Source of the DNA: Euprymna scolopes
Lineage: Eukaryota
Length of the DNA stretch: 64,000 bases
Direction: 5' to 3' (one strand)
Assembly (NCBI GenBank): GCA_053919585.1
Contig: CM132807.1
Part shown: positions 1 to 12,120 of the stretch, piece by piece
Position numbering within the stretch: position 1 is the first letter of the stretch
Layout: the number at the start of each line of letters is the position of its first letter
Notes under the pieces: generated by a model
Database searches by the model: none
What the model saw: only the letters and a program-made list of their open reading frames with translations
What the model was told of the DNA's origin: nothing
Position numbers and translations under genes: made by a program

Positions 1-50
1 ATTGTTTTCCTGATGAAATTCAGATAAATTACAGACATAAAATATTTATG

Positions 51-103
<53 letters not shown>

Positions 104-401
104 ATAAAATAAAAATTACAATTAAATAAGAGCAAATATTTAATAAAACATGTTAAAAATACCTTCAAAAAGCATTAAAAAATATTTAATTTGAAAAGGA
201 ACACTAAATAAGTGGATAATCCTTAATCCGCAAAGTTTCGAAGAAATAATTTCCTTCTCACAAGAGGGTAGGATTTAGCAAAATGCGGGACCGAATTTTG
301 CTTGCAAAAGTATTTGATGAAAGTGCAACTAAGTTAAAGATTTGACTTGATAACAGAAAGTGAAGCAGAGGGAATAGGGTGAAGAAAAAGGTTATTTCAC
401 G

Positions 402-439
<38 letters not shown>

Positions 440-440
<1 letters not shown>

Positions 441-649
441 CTACTTCATTTACTCACACAAATTTAATATACGAAAGTATAGATTTATGCGTAAACTTTA
501 AGTATTTACTTCAAAAGTGCTCAATACGTAGGGAGAGCTAGTTAGTAATTTATAAAATATCTATGGCGATTAAGCTACACTGAATATTCTGCGTTTCATC
601 CACTGTAGGATTCGTCAGGCTTATGCGCAACCATATATATTTTATAAAT

Positions 650-654
<5 letters not shown>
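440..654 (-). mobile_element. Short hammerhead-bearing element embedded in (TA)n; same family as 27315-27564
   Basis: Shares the head TTTACTCACA...TACGAAAGTATAGATTTATGCGTAAACTTTAAGTATTTACTTCAAAAG with 27315. Inverted ends TAGTAATTTATAAAATAT (543-560) and ATATTTTATAAATTACTA (637-654). (TA)n on both sides. Confidence 0.75.
571..623 (-). ncRNA. Type I hammerhead ribozyme
   Basis: Minus strand reads UAAGC-CUGACGA-AUCC(UACAGU)GGAU-GAAA-CGCAGAAUAUUCAGU-GUA-GCUUA. Core CUGANGA/GAAA is intact, stems I-III pair, and the cleavage triplet is GUA. Confidence 0.85.
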
Positions 655-736
<82 letters not shown>

Positions 737-799
737 TATTGAAAGATAGTGAAAAAGAGTCAGAAAAACATAGAAAACAGTGATATTAAAAGTGAGGCA

Positions 800-1560
800 A
801 AAGATATAGGAGGTACAGCGAGAGTCTGTGATTATTGATTAGGGGAACTGAATGAAAAGAAAAAGACAAAATTAGCTTATAAAAAAATGAAACACGTGGA
901 GACGCAAAGACGCCGTAGGAGGCATGAAACAATTTTAAAATCATTAATAACACCGACAGAATCTCTCTCCACATATATGTTCGCGCCTTTCCAAAAAAAA
1001 AATAAATAAGGAAAAAATTGCAGCTACGTGTAATAACTCTACAATATCTAATTTCAATTGTGATAAACGTTTCTCTGTGTTCTGACAAATAAATATGTCG
1101 ATCGTTTTTAAAAAGGACAGCTCGTATTGATGTTTCTTTCACTAAAGATAAAGGAAGTAACAAAGACGTATGTATAAATGCATATCTTCGCAAGGTGTTT
1201 ACGGAGTCGATGGTATAATTTTGTGATTAGGTTCTTAACAAGTAAATGCAACCTTTGTGTGCTTATATTATCTACTTTGCTGTCCATGCTTTTTACAGCG
1301 AGGTTTCTGGTTTTGATTATAAAAATTATCTCCATATATTTCGTTGCGAAAAAAGAAGACAATTTCTTATATTCTATATTCGCTCATTAATAACGGTCTT
1401 CCCCATGTGAGTTTTCTATACAGCTGCCTTTCTCCGTCGTTATCTGGATAACAGCGATTGTAAAAGCTGTCTTAGTAATAAAAATACGGCATATTATCGT
1501 TTGTGAATTGGATTTCAGTTGCTTGCTGTTTCTTTTATTACAAATTTTACCTTAAGTATT
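800..1560 (-). mobile_element. Highly decayed Penelope-like retroelement (RT thumb and GIY-YIG remnants)
   Basis: Minus-strand peptide fragments in the expected order: IQFTNDNMPYF (cf. IQFT..LPFL), YRKLTWGRPL (cf. YRKPT..RYL), KGCIYLL, KLYHRLRKH, LDIVELLHV. A hammerhead lies downstream on the same strand. Confidence 0.5.
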
Positions 1561-2063
1561 TCTCAAGTATTACTTTTCGATCAGCTGTCAATAATATGAG
1601 AAATTGAATGATACCGCCAAAATTTCATTTGCATTCAAAATTTCGTTTGCATTTTCACAGTGAATAAATCCATTTATTCACTTTTTAAAATTTTGATTAG
1701 CATGTTTTATTATTGTATATTTCCGCAGATTTTTCGCATTTTCATGATTTTATTAAATTATGTACCGTTCAGATTAATTAGTTTTTATTCTGAATAAAAA
1801 TTCAGTTATTCTAGTAGTTGTATTCTATTTCAAGTGTATACTATTTTCCATGTTTTATTTTTTTAATATCGAACAAACGTTGCTTAAATTACAAATCAAT
1901 TTTCTGTTCTGAATTTTAGTAAAGAATAAATCAATGGAAATCATTAAAATCTATGAATAAAACAAAACGTTTACACACTTTAACACAGAGGAACCACCTC
2001 TAATTCTTTTAGATGTAATGCTTCTCTTTTAATATTAAATACCTATTTATTTATATATAGATA

Positions 2064-3664
2064 CATTGGGAAAAATAAGTGTTGGACACATCCCATTATT
2101 CTTTATTTAACACATGTTTATGCAGCGAATGATGCGAACATTTAACAAAAAATAGTTACTAATTTAACAATAACAAATAACTTTAGAAATTGGAACCTTT
2201 TATTACATAACAAAAATTATATAATAAAAACGAGAATAGCCGGAAAAAAGTATTGGACACACTAACGCAATTTCATCTTATATTTAGTTGAAAACCCCAT
2301 ATTGGCTATTACAGCTTGGAGACGTTTTTTATACGACGAAACTAATTTGTGACAACGTTCAGGCGAGATTTTGGCCCACTCTTCAACATATACGTTCATC
2401 AAATCCTAAATATTACGTGGATCCCGCTGGTGGATCATGATTTTAAGATCTATCCATAGATTTTCTATAGGATTTAAGTCTGGGGACTGACTGGACCACT
2501 TAAGAACATCTATTTTGTTCTGTACGAACCAATCGGAGGTTATTTTAGCAATATGTTTGGGATCATTATCTTGTTGAAAGATCCATCCCTGTCGCATAGC
2601 TAACGCATTGGAAGCAGGCAATAGATTATTTTCAAGAATTTCCCGATATTTGGCTGCATTCATCTTTCCATCTATAATATGAGGTGGCCCAGTACCATTT
2701 GAAGAGAAGCATCCCCAGAGCATGACATTTCCACCATCAAACTTTACAGAGGGGAGGGTGTTCTTGAGATCGTGCGCTGTGCCATCTCTTCTTCATACTC
2801 GACGTACAGAGTTAATGCCGAAAAGTTCCACTTTCGTCTCATCGGACCAGATCACATTCTTCCAGTAATCATCTGTTTTCAATAAGTGGTCTCTTACAAA
2901 TTCCAGACGAGCATTAATATGACAGTTTTTTAGTAATAGTGTCTTTCGAGGTGTACGCGATTTAAGACCGTTGTGTTGAAGTACATAACTAATCGTTGGT
3001 TTCGTTACTACTATCCGCGCTTCTTCCAAATCTTTCTGAAGTTCGCCTCGTGTGGTTATTGTTGCTTCTGAACTTTTCGTACAATCTTTCTCACTGCTCG
3101 ATCCGACATCATGCGAGGAGCTCCGGTGCGCGGGCGGTTCACGATTGAGTCATGCACCTTCCATTTCCTAATAATCTTTCCTATGGTGCTTAAAGGGATG
3201 TTAAATTGAGCAGATATACGCCGATAACAAATTCCATTCTTGTGCTCGGTAATAATCCTATCACGGACAACTTGAGAGAGTTCTTTACGTTTACTCATCC
3301 TGAGAATCGTAATGGCTTACTGGTGACTAACGTGTTCCACTACTTTCCAACGACATAGAGTATGCTCTACAACAATCGAGAAACATCGAAAACGTATAAT
3401 AGTGTCGGTAAATTTAAATGCAAATAACAATTTCACGCATTATTAATAAAAAAAGGTAATAAAATATAATTTAAAACAATGTGTCCAATACTTTTTTTTT
3501 CCGGCTATTCTCGTTTATATTATATAAGTTTTGTTATGCATTAAAAGGTTCCAATTTCTAAAGTTATTTGTTATTGTTAAATCAGTAACTATTTCTTGTT
3601 AAATTTTCGCATCATTCGCTGCATAAAAATGTGTTAAATAAAGAATAATGGGATGTGTCCAACA
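2064..3664 (-). mobile_element. Tc1-family DNA transposon, IR/DR type; right end runs into a gap
   Basis: About 200-bp inverted repeats at 2064-2261 and 3480-3664+. Internal direct repeat AAGT(G/A)TTGGACACA at 2077 and 2248, mirrored on the right. TA precedes the left end. Confidence 0.95.
2280..3298 (-). pseudogene. Tc1 DD34E transposase pseudogene
   Basis: ORF pieces 3056-3298 (HTH), 2793-3029 (WSDETK) and 2406-2723 (QQDNDPKH...SPDLNPIENLW, 34 residues between D and E). Frameshift near 3058 and in-frame stops at 2793 and 2406. The C-terminus continues as EEWAKISPERCHKLVSSYKKRLQAVIANMGFSTKY. Confidence 0.95.
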
Positions 3665-5046
3665 NNNNNNNNNNNNNNNNNNNNNNNNNNNNNNNNNNNN
3701 NNNNNNNNNNNNNNNNNNNNNNNNNNNNNNNNNNNNNNNNNNNNNNNNNNNNNNNNNNNNNNNNNNNNNNNNNNNNNNNNNNNNNNNNNNNNNNNNNNNN
3801 NNNNNNNNTCTATATTGTTTATCTAAGACTGCATTAAAAATATTCCTTATTTCATGTTATTTTTTTCAATAAACCTTATAATATATTTATCTAAGCCCGA
3901 GCGAAAATATGAAAAATACGCAGAGGATGGACATTTAGACATTTATTAAATTATAAAAAAGAAATTACATGTACATTTTAAATCATCCTTTCAAAGAGCT
4001 TCTTAACTCGTTTTTTTGCGATTATCTGTGAAAACACTGACAAATAATTATTGTATAATTTAGAGTGGGCTTAGTTGCACATATAAATTTAGCGTAAGAT
4101 AATTAGTTTTTCCTGGACATCCAACTTTTAACGCAATTTACAACATTCTGTGGCACTAATTTAAAATCTGACCGACTGTGCTATAAAACTACTCGTAATC
4201 GTTTTATTATTTGCATAACCACCCAAATTTAGCGTCCGTACTACAAAAAAACATGTTTCTATGACTATTCACAATGGCAAAGTTTATACTAAATTTTCAT
4301 CAGGAACATCAACATGACCAAAGATTTAAAACAACCCAAATGGACTACATCCCGAGAACACGTCATGATCCCCAGGAGGTTTCATTTTTCGTGAACTTTA
4401 GATGCAAAACCGACATTTGATTATCTTATATATTTAGGCCGTTTACATGTAATCGCCTAAAAATAAAGAAGCATACTGTCATTTCCTCGTGGATAAGGAT
4501 TCATTATAGAATGTACTGATGACTTTATTTCTTTTGCAAAAAACATATAATTGCGAATTGACGAGAAAAGGAAAACAAGTCGCAATAATTTGTTAATAAG
4601 TTTCAATATAATCACCTTAAAAATGCCGCCGTAATCTTTTAAACAGTAGATTTATTTTTAGGGTAGGGGAATTATTGTAACCGAAGAGATAGTCTATACA
4701 TATGCGATTATTATTAACGTCATTATTATGGTAANNNNNNNNNNNNNNNNNNNNNNNNNNNNNNNNNNNNNNNNNNNNNNNNNNNNNNNNNNNNNNNNNN
4801 NNNNNNNNNNNNNNNNNNNNNNNNNNNNNNNNNNNNNNNNNNNNNNNNNNNNNNNNNNNNNNNNNNNNNNNNNNNNNNNNNNNNNNNNNNNNNNNAGGAG
4901 AATTATTATTATTATTATCATTATTGTTATTGTTATTATTATTATGAGCAGTAGTTGTAGGAGGAGGAGGAGTAAATGAAGGAGGGGGAAATAATATTTA
5001 TATTTGTCTATAATGATTTATTTCTGTTTACAGTAAAATAAATCAA

Positions 5047-5295
5047 TAAATATTCAAGTGTTTGGATCCGAAATTGTTGGAGGGGTTTGGTAGGGTTCTT
5101 AAATATCAAACCGTTGACCTTTGACCCCTTAACAGAATAATTTCTAGCTAATAACTAATCACAATAATTGTCAAAGACTCTGTTGCCGGTATATCAAATT
5201 TCAAGTCTATAGACTTAAAATTGACAGAGTTATTTGGTAGAGAAATATACACAGACAGACACAAACACACACACTTTCACTTTTATAGATATATA
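5047..5295 (-). mobile_element. Interspersed repeat family A (Helitron-like 5' end, ~125-bp subrepeats), copy 1
   Basis: Motifs TTCAAGTGTTT.GA.CC.AAATTG, GTTTGGTAG, TCAAA.CGTT.ACCTTTGAC and the terminal ACACAGACAGAC...CACTTTTATAGATATA are shared with 5955-6500 and 34586-35291. Confidence 0.6.
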
Positions 5296-5499
5296 CATTG
5301 GAATGCTTATTTGAAAGGAGTATTACTTATTCATTTATTTATTGAGGACTATCATCTTTTAGTTATTGTTTTACGACGTTTCTGCCAACTAATCCGCTGG
5401 CCTTGCTCAGGTGGTTAGCACGACAGGATAGGAACTCCGAATCTCCACACTGTATTCTAAAAAATTACGTCTTTATTAATATAAAATTATTGTTGTTGA

Positions 5500-5958
5500 A
5501 CTAGTTGGCGAATTGTATACAGATCCCAAAAGCGACAGTAGTCTTCCATAATTTCTGAAGGTTACACAATGTTCAACGAACAAGATCGAAGATGCGCTGC
5601 TTTAAAGTCATTCTCTTTGCCGATCAAAGCTATGACACAAGGACTATTGTAAGCATTCTTAAAATGCATCGCTGGATTGCTACGAGTAACAGAGACGTGC
5701 CAAGGGTGATGAAAAAAAAGTTTCCGGCCACGGTTATTTTCTTTGGTACGGTTTCAAGTGAGGGCCTCTTCATACCACCTCACATCTTCGAAGTCGACCT
5801 GAAAGTGTACTTGGAGGTACTGAAGAGTGTGATGATCCCCGAGTGCAATCAGATGGCCGCTGGTGGACCATGGGTGTGGCGACAGAACTCGGTGCCGGCC
5901 CATAAGTCCAAGGAGACCCATGTTTGTCTTTAGAAGGAGTGCTATAACTTCTTACCAT
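5500..5958 (+). mobile_element. IS630-Tc1-mariner transposase fragment, maT/DD37D-like
   Basis: ORF 5592-5933 reads RWIAT...KFPATVIFFGTVSSEG..PPHIFE..YLEVLKSVMIP..GPWVWRQNSVPAHKSKET. A homologous copy lies at 56720-57360. Confidence 0.75.
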
Positions 5959-6500
5959 ATTATGGCGCCTTAAAAGTTATCGTTTTGGGCTCAAATCAAG
6001 TTATAAAGTTAGATTCATGTTCAAGGAACTTATATCTAAAATATAAAATGTTTAGACTCAAAATTGTCGGGGGAATTTGGTAGAGTTCTCAAAGGTCAAA
6101 TCGTTAAACTTTGACTCTAAATCGCCAAATTTCTGGCCGAAAACTTATCACGTCGATTTTTCCAAATCTTAGTACCATGTATATCAAATTTCGAGTTATT
6201 GCGTAGGGAAATGTACACACACAGATAAACAGACGCACAGACGGACACTTTCACTTTTATAGATATATAGATGAATATAAAAAGTTAATCTACATCTAAA
6301 ATGTCAAGTATTTAGACCCAAAATTGGCGGAGGAGTTTGAAAGCGTCTGCAAAGGTCAACTTTTTCCACTTTGCCCTCTTGGCAGACAAAGTTTCGCCCA
6401 AAATGTGATTAAAATATTGCTACATATCTGAGTTCCCGCTATGTAAAATTTCAAAGTTTAGACGGGAAATTTAATGAAAAGTTTGCTAGAGACTGCAACA
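5955..6500 (-). mobile_element. Repeat family A, copy 2
   Basis: Repeated AAAT.TCAAGT.TTTAGACCCAAAATTG modules and the ACAC...CACTTTTATAGATATATAGAT terminus at ~6271. Confidence 0.6.
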
Positions 6501-6559
6501 GTATTGAAATATAATATAAGCTATCACTGTTTTTTCCTCCATTAAAAAAAATGTAATTA

Positions 6560-7130
6560 GCGAAACCAGTCGCAGAAAGCCAAACAGTCAGCATGATTTC
6601 GGAAAGTTTCATGGAGCTTCGACGGTTTCTAACCACGAAGTTTAGCCTCGCTGGTTGTCCTAAAAAAAATAGTTTTAATCATAAGTCACAGCCCAGCCGA
6701 GGAACGGGTCGTTTTATTGCATAAAGGAAGTAAATATGGCGCTTTATAACGGAGTTTCTTTTAGTTGTCGTTCAATTCATGACGCACTAATTTATCAAGA
6801 TTTTGTTGTCTTGCCAAACACTTACGAGTTGTTAGAAATCGTCCAATAAGTTATGGCTTATTTATAATCAAGTACTGGAGCAACTGTGCTTTGATTGGCT
6901 TACACTAAAACTCTTAACTGATTTTTGGCAACATTCTATGACCGACCATTACGCTCATCATATTCAATACTTTGTTCGCTGCAAAAAAAATTCTTTAAAC
7001 CACGATTCTGCTGAGGCTAAATAGTAGTTCCAGTGACAAACTCTTCGATAATGTCACGAACTGTTTGAGGAGCTGTTCTACCCGGTATGTGTTAAATTAG
7101 AAAATTGTGTTAATTTGCTTTTTTTTGTCT
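6560..7130 (-). mobile_element. Decayed mariner transposase (N-terminal half)
   Basis: Minus-strand fragments WFKEF, DERNGRS (cf. RSGRP), NQLRVLV, LDKLVRHELND (cf. WVPHEL) and NDPFLGWAVTYD (cf. DPFLDRIVTCDEKW). Similar to 62640-63720. Confidence 0.7.
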
Positions 7131-10100
7131 TGGATTCAAAGTTCTGAAAATTAGACAATTGTTTTTAAAACGATTGCAATTTACATGTTTAGATTGAACA
7201 AAAACGCATTTTATAATGAAATATAAAATAAAGCTATTATAACGAAAAGTTATTCATGAATACATCATTTGAAATCAAAATTCTAAAAATTCCCAAAAAC
7301 GTTCATTTCAAACTAATATATAATAATAACGGTATCATTCCCTTTTACTTTTAATAGCGGTTAATTATTCTAATTGCCAGAGCAACACACAACAAACCTT
7401 ACTGGAGTATTTCGAAGATAAATAAATCTAGTTACACATATGAGTTACATACGACGTATTCGTTTTCCGGAGTATATATTTAATAGGTTTATGCGCATTT
7501 AACACTGGTTTGAAAGTCAGCATCATGTAACACCCCACGCAAAGGTAGGAGGAAATGCTTTCCCTGAAAAGATAATATTATATATGTTTATTTGTAGTAG
7601 ATTTTTAATACGATAAACTGAGTTTCTTTTCTTACTTGTGAACCAATGAGCGCCTTTGTCAGTCGATGTCGTGTGGGAGCTGACGTCATAACCAGAACAA
7701 TAATCAAAGCCCAAACAGAAGAAAACCACATCACACATCGTTGAGTAAACCACTTCTAGAACATATTTATAAATAGAATACCTAGCACACGTTTCTCTAG
7801 TGAGTGAGTATAGAAACGAATTCGATATCTAGTTGGGTGATCTCTTTTAACTTTGTCGATATTTCTATCCTTCACTCAAATCTTTGCATCAACATGTTTA
7901 CTAACCTCACAATACTTTCGTAAATAGAACTCGCTTGCTATTACAAATAAAAAAAAATGTTTTACCCTAATTGTTAACAGGCTTCCCGAATATGAAAATC
8001 ATTATAAGGAATTAGTATATATCTGAGTTACAACATGGTCGTTTTCATATATCACCAAAGTATTTTCTAGTACAAGGAATCTGTTTATATCAGTGATCAG
8101 CCTTAGTAAAATCGTAGTGTTTTCATTTTCGTTAACACTAATGTACTAATAATTCACACTTTTTAAAAAGTTATTGACGTTCATATGTTGTGATGAAATA
8201 GTAAAGATTATTCTCCTATTTTAGTTTTATATTGCTTATATTACCTATTTGTTTTCAATTTGTGGTGTTGAAGTATTGTCAACTGCCCACAAAAATATTA
8301 GAAACTGAAACAACGTGAGCAAAATAATTTGCTCAGTATTAAACATGCATTAGAAATCAGGGAAGTAGAAAGATACTGGCGCAAATGTGTCCACCATGCA
8401 TTTTAAACGGATTGTTAATCAATGTGTGATAGTAATGTAGTGCAAAGGAGATGCAGTGGTTTTATCGAAGATTTACGATAATTACGGGCAATGTATTACG
8501 GTTAAGAGGGTTTAAGGAACTGTCTACACTTTTCGACCGCGAAAAGCCTTGACAGATGACTAAGATGAAGGCGTTATCGTTTAGAGTGTTGATGGCGTAA
8601 ACTGATAATGGAAGATTGTCTCGACGTTTTTGCCTCTTATGTTGGAGGCTTTCTGTTGTTCTTTGCTGTGTTTTTGTTTTACTCTGATAAACTGATGCTC
8701 GCCTTCATGACAGTAGCTAATGTGAGAGACAATAATACCTGACACGCACAAAAAATATTAAAGATAGGAAATAACCGGTACATAACGTTGGTGTCGACCA
8801 TTAATATCGAGAAAGAGCACGTGACTTCAGAGTCTTCTGTTTAAAAATTATATCGCTCTCTCTTTTTCACTACCGGTTATTTTCTAACGCAGAAAATATT
8901 TGATAAGTACTGTACACGGGTTCTACTTTTCTGACTTTTTTTAAAATGTGTAATATCAATACAAAAAAGTTCTGTAGCTTTTTTTGGCAACATAGGATAA
9001 TACACCTCTAGTAATATAAGTAATTGACATTCTGCTTTCTTCTACCGATAGTGATTGACAATATCAGATCTTAGCTGTATTTATCTGTTTCGCGCCTTAA
9101 TGCCTGATTGATTGGTTATAATTCACTCAAACTATTTTATAACGTTAAACGATAACTGTACTGATATTCAATTAAAGTCATCGCTTATCAAGTTTAAATT
9201 CCACTCGATTATAAGGTGCATAGGTGAACATAGGTGTTATATAGGTGAATATAGGTTTTATTAGCCAGTTATCTTGGATGTTGTGTAGTGATTGATTATT
9301 TACAAGGAGGATTAAACAAGATCTTATTAAAGTTGACCTTTTAAACGACAAGAGTATATTGTGTTGGGAAACAGCACTGTTGTATTGTGATCCGCAGGGA
9401 AGTTGATCTAGCAGATCAGCTTTTCTAATCGATATTTCGTTTAGTATATAGCACAGATGGAGAGTAAGAAAACATGTTTAAGTTTGGTAGCTAAGAGAGT
9501 ATTTACTACGAAAGATTCAGAAAGAGAAGCATAGATTAAGCTCAGTCGAGCAATTGCCATGTAATAAGGTTAGAGTCGTAAGAGTTTCATTAAAGGAAAT
9601 TTAAAGAATAAACGTCTCCGACTAACCGAATCTCGGAATAGGATCAAAAAATATTTTACGATATCCTCATGAAAAGAACTAATTATAGAGTGATATCATA
9701 TTATATTTTATTTTTTTTTTGCACGGATTCTGCATATTATATTTTAAAAAGGATGTCGTGTAATTCCCACATTATGGGCGGATAATTTCTATAAAAAGTG
9801 AAGAAATCAATACTCTAGAAATCATTAAGATATGTCGATTGTTAATATATAAACAAAGATAATGTTAACTAGAATCCATGAACTAAGAGTTTTACGCACA
9901 CATATTTGCAATGTAATATTATCCCATAACTTCTCTGTGTATTCCAATTTTCTGAACTCGGAGAAAAATTATATCAGTTTGGTGTTATCTGTCTGTATAA
10001 TTAGAAAAGCGGTTGTGGTAAAAAAATAAAACGATGATTTAAATTAAAGATAGATACTGATGTTTTGGTGACAAGAAAGTTGGAATTCGTTTATTACAGA

Positions 10101-10164
10101 GGAACTCGATATTATCTTCAGAATTACCACTTTCCTTCCGTCTAGTGAAAATAATATAGTGTAT

Positions 10165-10212
<48 letters not shown>

Positions 10213-10391
10213 GTCATGCACATATATAATATATGTACAGTCATGAAAGTATATATGTATATATTAGTATATCACGATGTGTAGATAAATCAGACGTAAT
10301 ACGATATGGAAAGATAAGCGTACCAAAACATCCAAGATTTTCAATTCGATATGACTTTTGCGAAATTGTTTTGAACATAATTGTGAACACT

Positions 10392-10446
<55 letters not shown>

Positions 10447-12060
10447 GTGTCTATGTATGTATATATATATATAGAGAGAGGGAGAAAGAGTGAGAGTCAA
10501 AGAAAGAGAAAGAGACAGACAGAAAGAATGACACGCTGAGATTGAGATTGATACAAAGAGAAGAGATAGAAAATTTTGAAGGTTGACGGTAATGCTTCGA
10601 TATTAATTCTTATGTGTAAATGAAATTCATCTGTGGTTTTACTTCTAGAATGTCACTCTGATAATATTCTAAGTTTCGAATAAGTTTAAATTTTGAAACC
10701 AACAACTGAATATATGTACGTGTGTGATTGTGCGGGTTTGTGTGTCTGTGTGTGTGGATTGCTGAGAGCAAATATAATGTTTGAAAGATTGACGGAATAA
10801 TTTCGCTAGCCAGTATTATATTTTAAATGCGTAAATTATATATGTATATATATGTATGTGTGTGTGAGTGTGCGTGTGCGTGTGCGTGTCTGTGCTTGTG
10901 TGTGTGTGTGTTTGTGTTTCTGTGTGTGTGGTGACAGATAGATTGAAAGATTGGTATCACTTTTGTTCAATTGTATCGCCTGGTACTCAATACCAAGCTC
11001 TTAGTTTTTGAAGCAAATTAGATATGAGAAATATTAGGGATAGTGTTTGTAATAAGATAAGTGACGTTGATGTGTAGAATATATTTCACTCGAATATTAA
11101 AATCGGATGAAAAATTAATAGAAAATACATTTAATGATATCGTGGATAATTCATGACAAAATAAAGGTAAAAGAAAGTTTATAATAAAAAAAATATGCTT
11201 CAGGGGCAAAAAAAACGTAACACAACCTCTATTCTTACTAACAACATCGAAGCAATAAATAATTATTAGCTTGAGTAACAAAACGGCTCTAAAATTACGA
11301 AGGAGAAAAATGATAAGGTTTCAAAAAAGCGCATTGAAGAACTCCTAATTATCAAATGAAAGACATGATAATAAATGCAGTTTTAATGTTTACTTACAAG
11401 AAATTAACAAGAACTGCGTATTGGTTCACGATTACACTAGCCTACGTGATATAAATAAATATATTTTGGTACGTACGTTATTCGATGATTTACCGAGATA
11501 AGTGTGTGTTTATTCACGTAAACAACCTGCATCTAATAGAATAATCTGTTATATCTTGAACTGATCACCAGAAAAGAGTTTTACCAAACTTAATCGAAGA
11601 TCCTTGTTGAGATATAATTATGAAACAGAAACTCATATAAAATTGGCGAATAGAATTAATGGAATGAAAAAGTAAGAGAGTAAAAAAAAAAAAATAGAAA
11701 ATGCACAAATAAACTAGAATAAATCAAAAATATAATATAGAAACGCAGAAAAATCAACACGTGAATAATGAGAGTTGAAGAGATTGTAAACGTCTCAGAT
11801 AATTACACACACACACGCGCGCGCTCGTGCGTATAACTTTGCAAGTTCGATATAATTTTATGACTGACGTTGTTATTACTATCTAAATGGACACATAACG
11901 CTGTATGTAAAGAGATTTGCAGGAGAAAATAACATTTTATCAGGTGAAGAAAATTATTATTTTGTTCATTGTATACACAAGTGGCGGACAGATATTTACC
12001 ACACTGTATTTACGTTCCAAGATTTCTTTCTTTCTCGTCAGATAGCAGTCCTTTTGTCGT

Positions 12061-12083
12061 TAGCTACAATCATTTATAGTGCT
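12061..12083 (+). repeat. Left target-site-duplication-like direct repeat
   Basis: TAGCTACAATCATTTATAGTGCT versus TAGGTACAATCAGTTATAGTGCT at 13918-13940 (21/23 identical). Confidence 0.8.
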
Positions 12084-12120
12084 TGGCCTTCGGGCCATGA
12101 TCAAAATGTAGTATCTGTTC
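12081..12120 (+). ncRNA. U2 snRNA 5' fragment (divergent and truncated; head of a retroposed element)
   Basis: GCTTGGCCTTCGGGCCATGATCAAAATGTAGTATCTGTTC aligns to U2 GCUUCUCGGCCUU.UGGCUAAGAUCAA(A)GUGUAGUAUCUGUUC. Stem I is kept as UGGCC-UUCG-GGCCA and the branch-point recognition sequence GUAGUA is intact. Confidence 0.8.

Noticed and set aside
3648-4979. ORFs spanning N runs (also ~30050, 32527, 34391, 57661) or microsatellites
   Set aside because: Artefacts of assembly gaps and simple repeats.
5370-5418. Possible hammerhead on the minus strand (CUGAGCA...GAAACGUC)
   Set aside because: The core lacks CUGANGA and stem I is only about 2 bp; at best a dead remnant.
8340-8440. DTGANVSTM (aspartic protease-like) or RYWRKCVHH (piggyBac-like) peptide
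   Set aside because: Two incompatible readings of a short stretch with no supporting flanking motifs.
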